Shown here one piece after another: positions 62,932-64,000 of a stretch of 64,000 bases of DNA. The first letter of the stretch is position 1. Each line of letters starts with the position of its first letter. Both the position numbers and the translations under genes were made by a program. Source of the DNA: Alphaproteobacteria bacterium (GTDB taxonomy: Bacteria > Pseudomonadota > Alphaproteobacteria > SP197); NCBI GenBank assembly GCA_964291265.2, contig OZ219747.1:704001-768000 (forward strand), given 5' to 3'. Below the pieces are notes generated by a model. It searched no databases. It was not told where the DNA came from and was given only the letters and a program-made list of their open reading frames with translations.

Positions 62932-63591
62932 GACGCGGTAGGGATGCGCATTGCTGCGCACCCCCCGCGCAGATCCGGACGTGGACGTTAATCCATCCGG
63001 CTCCTACCTCGGGTACTGGACGGCAAACCACTGGACTAGCCTGCGGCTTCCCGTATCCGATCCGCCGCCTGTGGCACGCTTGCCCGACACTGCGTTCGGT
63101 GCGTGCTTTAGCGTCCCGGATTCCCCTTGGTTGAGGCCCTTTCCTCCAGCGACTCCGCAGAAGCTAACGCTTCCTTGTTCGCCGCCTTCACAGGTACTAC
63201 GGCCTCATCCGACTTCTTCAAACCGTACATCATAGGCTTCGGTTTTCTCCTTCCCCATGCGGTCCCGCCACAACCGGCGGGACGGTTTGAAGATCTCCCA
63301 GGGTCCCAACAGAAGGCGTGCGGACGTGCATGGGTTCTCTGACACCGCGGGGCTCGCCGACATCTCACCAAATCGATGCCTGCGATGTTGCCTTCGACCA
63401 ATGCGAAAGCCTCGGCACCCCGGATGATAGCTTTTTCGGTGCTCATTAGCCCTGCCCATCCGTACCGCTACCGACGCTTCGCCTGCCCCCTCGCGGGAAC
63501 CGACGCACGGCTCGCGGAGAAACGTGGTTTGGTTACTCCTTCGTTCCAGGGGACTTTCACCCCCTACCTTCCGCCAGTTCGCCTGGCACAC
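62932..63591 (-). ncRNA. ORF-less group II intron (IIB-like, 660 nt)
   Basis: 5' GTGTG; domain V GAGCCGGATG..CACGTCCGGATC; domain VI hairpin with bulged A; removal rejoins ATG CG|T GAC in frame. Confidence 0.9.
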
Positions 63592-63869
63592 CGCATGCTC
63601 GCTTCCGCCGCATCCGCACGAACCCGCTCCGCCTCATAGAGCGCACGCCAGTCAGGCGCCTCGCATGACAAGGCCACTGACGCCCGACATAGGCCGTCAC
63701 CACCTCCCGTCAGCTGCTGTGTCGCTCCGCGCGTCTCGGCAAAAGTCTTCATGGCCTCGACCATAATCGAGACCAAACGAGTTTACCAGCTCTTTCTCAG
63801 ACGATAGTCAGCAAGACCCAAACCAACCAAAATCAGCCATCACCGAACGGCCGAACGCTTACCTGCCAT

Positions 63870-64000
63870 TTACACGCCCTCGAACTGAGGTTCTGCGACA
63901 TCAAGGGGCAGGATCACGTTCCAACCCGTGGCCGTTCGGCCTTCACCCGGTTTGGCGGCCAAGGCGTATCGCGCTTGTCGCGGGGCGAGCGCGTGCAGCT
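63870..64000 (-). CDS. 3' end of probable AbiEi-type antitoxin (partial)
   Basis: LAPRQARYAL..GRTATGWNVILP..EGV*; the pre-insertion junction TAAATGGCAG puts its stop directly before the abiEii ATG. Confidence 0.65.
   Translation of the reverse strand, partial: LHALAPRQARYALAAKPGEGRTATGWNVILPLDVAEPQFEGV

Larger units (their letters stand above)
56419..63776 (-). pseudogene. Outer IS66 transposase in four pieces (63776-63592, 62931-61998, 59533-58932, 56494-56419)
   Basis: Pieces sum to 1797 bp and join in frame; FG.KSE, CPCCG, HGDETSW, CDRY, CWAHSRR, DNNFAER, WLPW. Confidence 0.88.
56043..63862 (-). mobile_element. Outer IS66-family element with three nested insertions
   Basis: Both ends GTAAGCGTTCGG; 8-bp TSD CTGCCATT at 56035-56042 and 63863-63870. 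Confidence 0.93.

Overview
GC-rich alphaproteobacterial chromosome segment, probably Rhodospirillales-like. Ankyrin, FnIII/Calx-beta autotransporter and AAA-PD-(D/E)XK genes suggest a host-associated organism such as a sponge symbiont (inference). The backbone includes a UxaA-family dehydratase, tRNA-Ser(GCT), GST, metXW, chorismate mutase-hisC-tyrA, the origin-proximal mnmE-mnmG-rsmG-parA-parB block with two perfect parS sites, yyaL, an OYE flavoprotein, betC and a polar amino-acid ABC transporter with a class IV aminotransferase. It is heavily invaded by mobile DNA whose ends and target duplications (TSDs) can be read directly. (1) A 5.3-kb IS21-family transposon carries a Zn-finger-like ORF, istA, istB, a toprim/primase-like gene and a small helical ORF. 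(2) Three IS4-family elements have a DUF4338 (DruA-like, GNAT-type) domain fused to the transposase. (3) A 7.8-kb nested structure splits an AbiE-type toxin-antitoxin operon: an outer IS66 with a DUF4338 passenger remnant, interrupted by an ORF-less group II intron, a second IS66 carrying a minimal adenine methyltransferase, and one of the DUF4338-IS4 elements. Removing the three inserts restores a 598-aa frame. The strongest candidate for an undescribed system is the recurring coupling of predicted DNA-modifying or DNA-synthesis enzymes to unrelated transposases. Also notable: an NrtR-regulated ARPP-1/ADP-ribosylglycohydrolase module split by the autotransporter, a C13 tract that could phase-vary the autotransporter, and an ankyrin array with codon-position-restricted variation. 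All family assignments are from motif recognition, not database searches.
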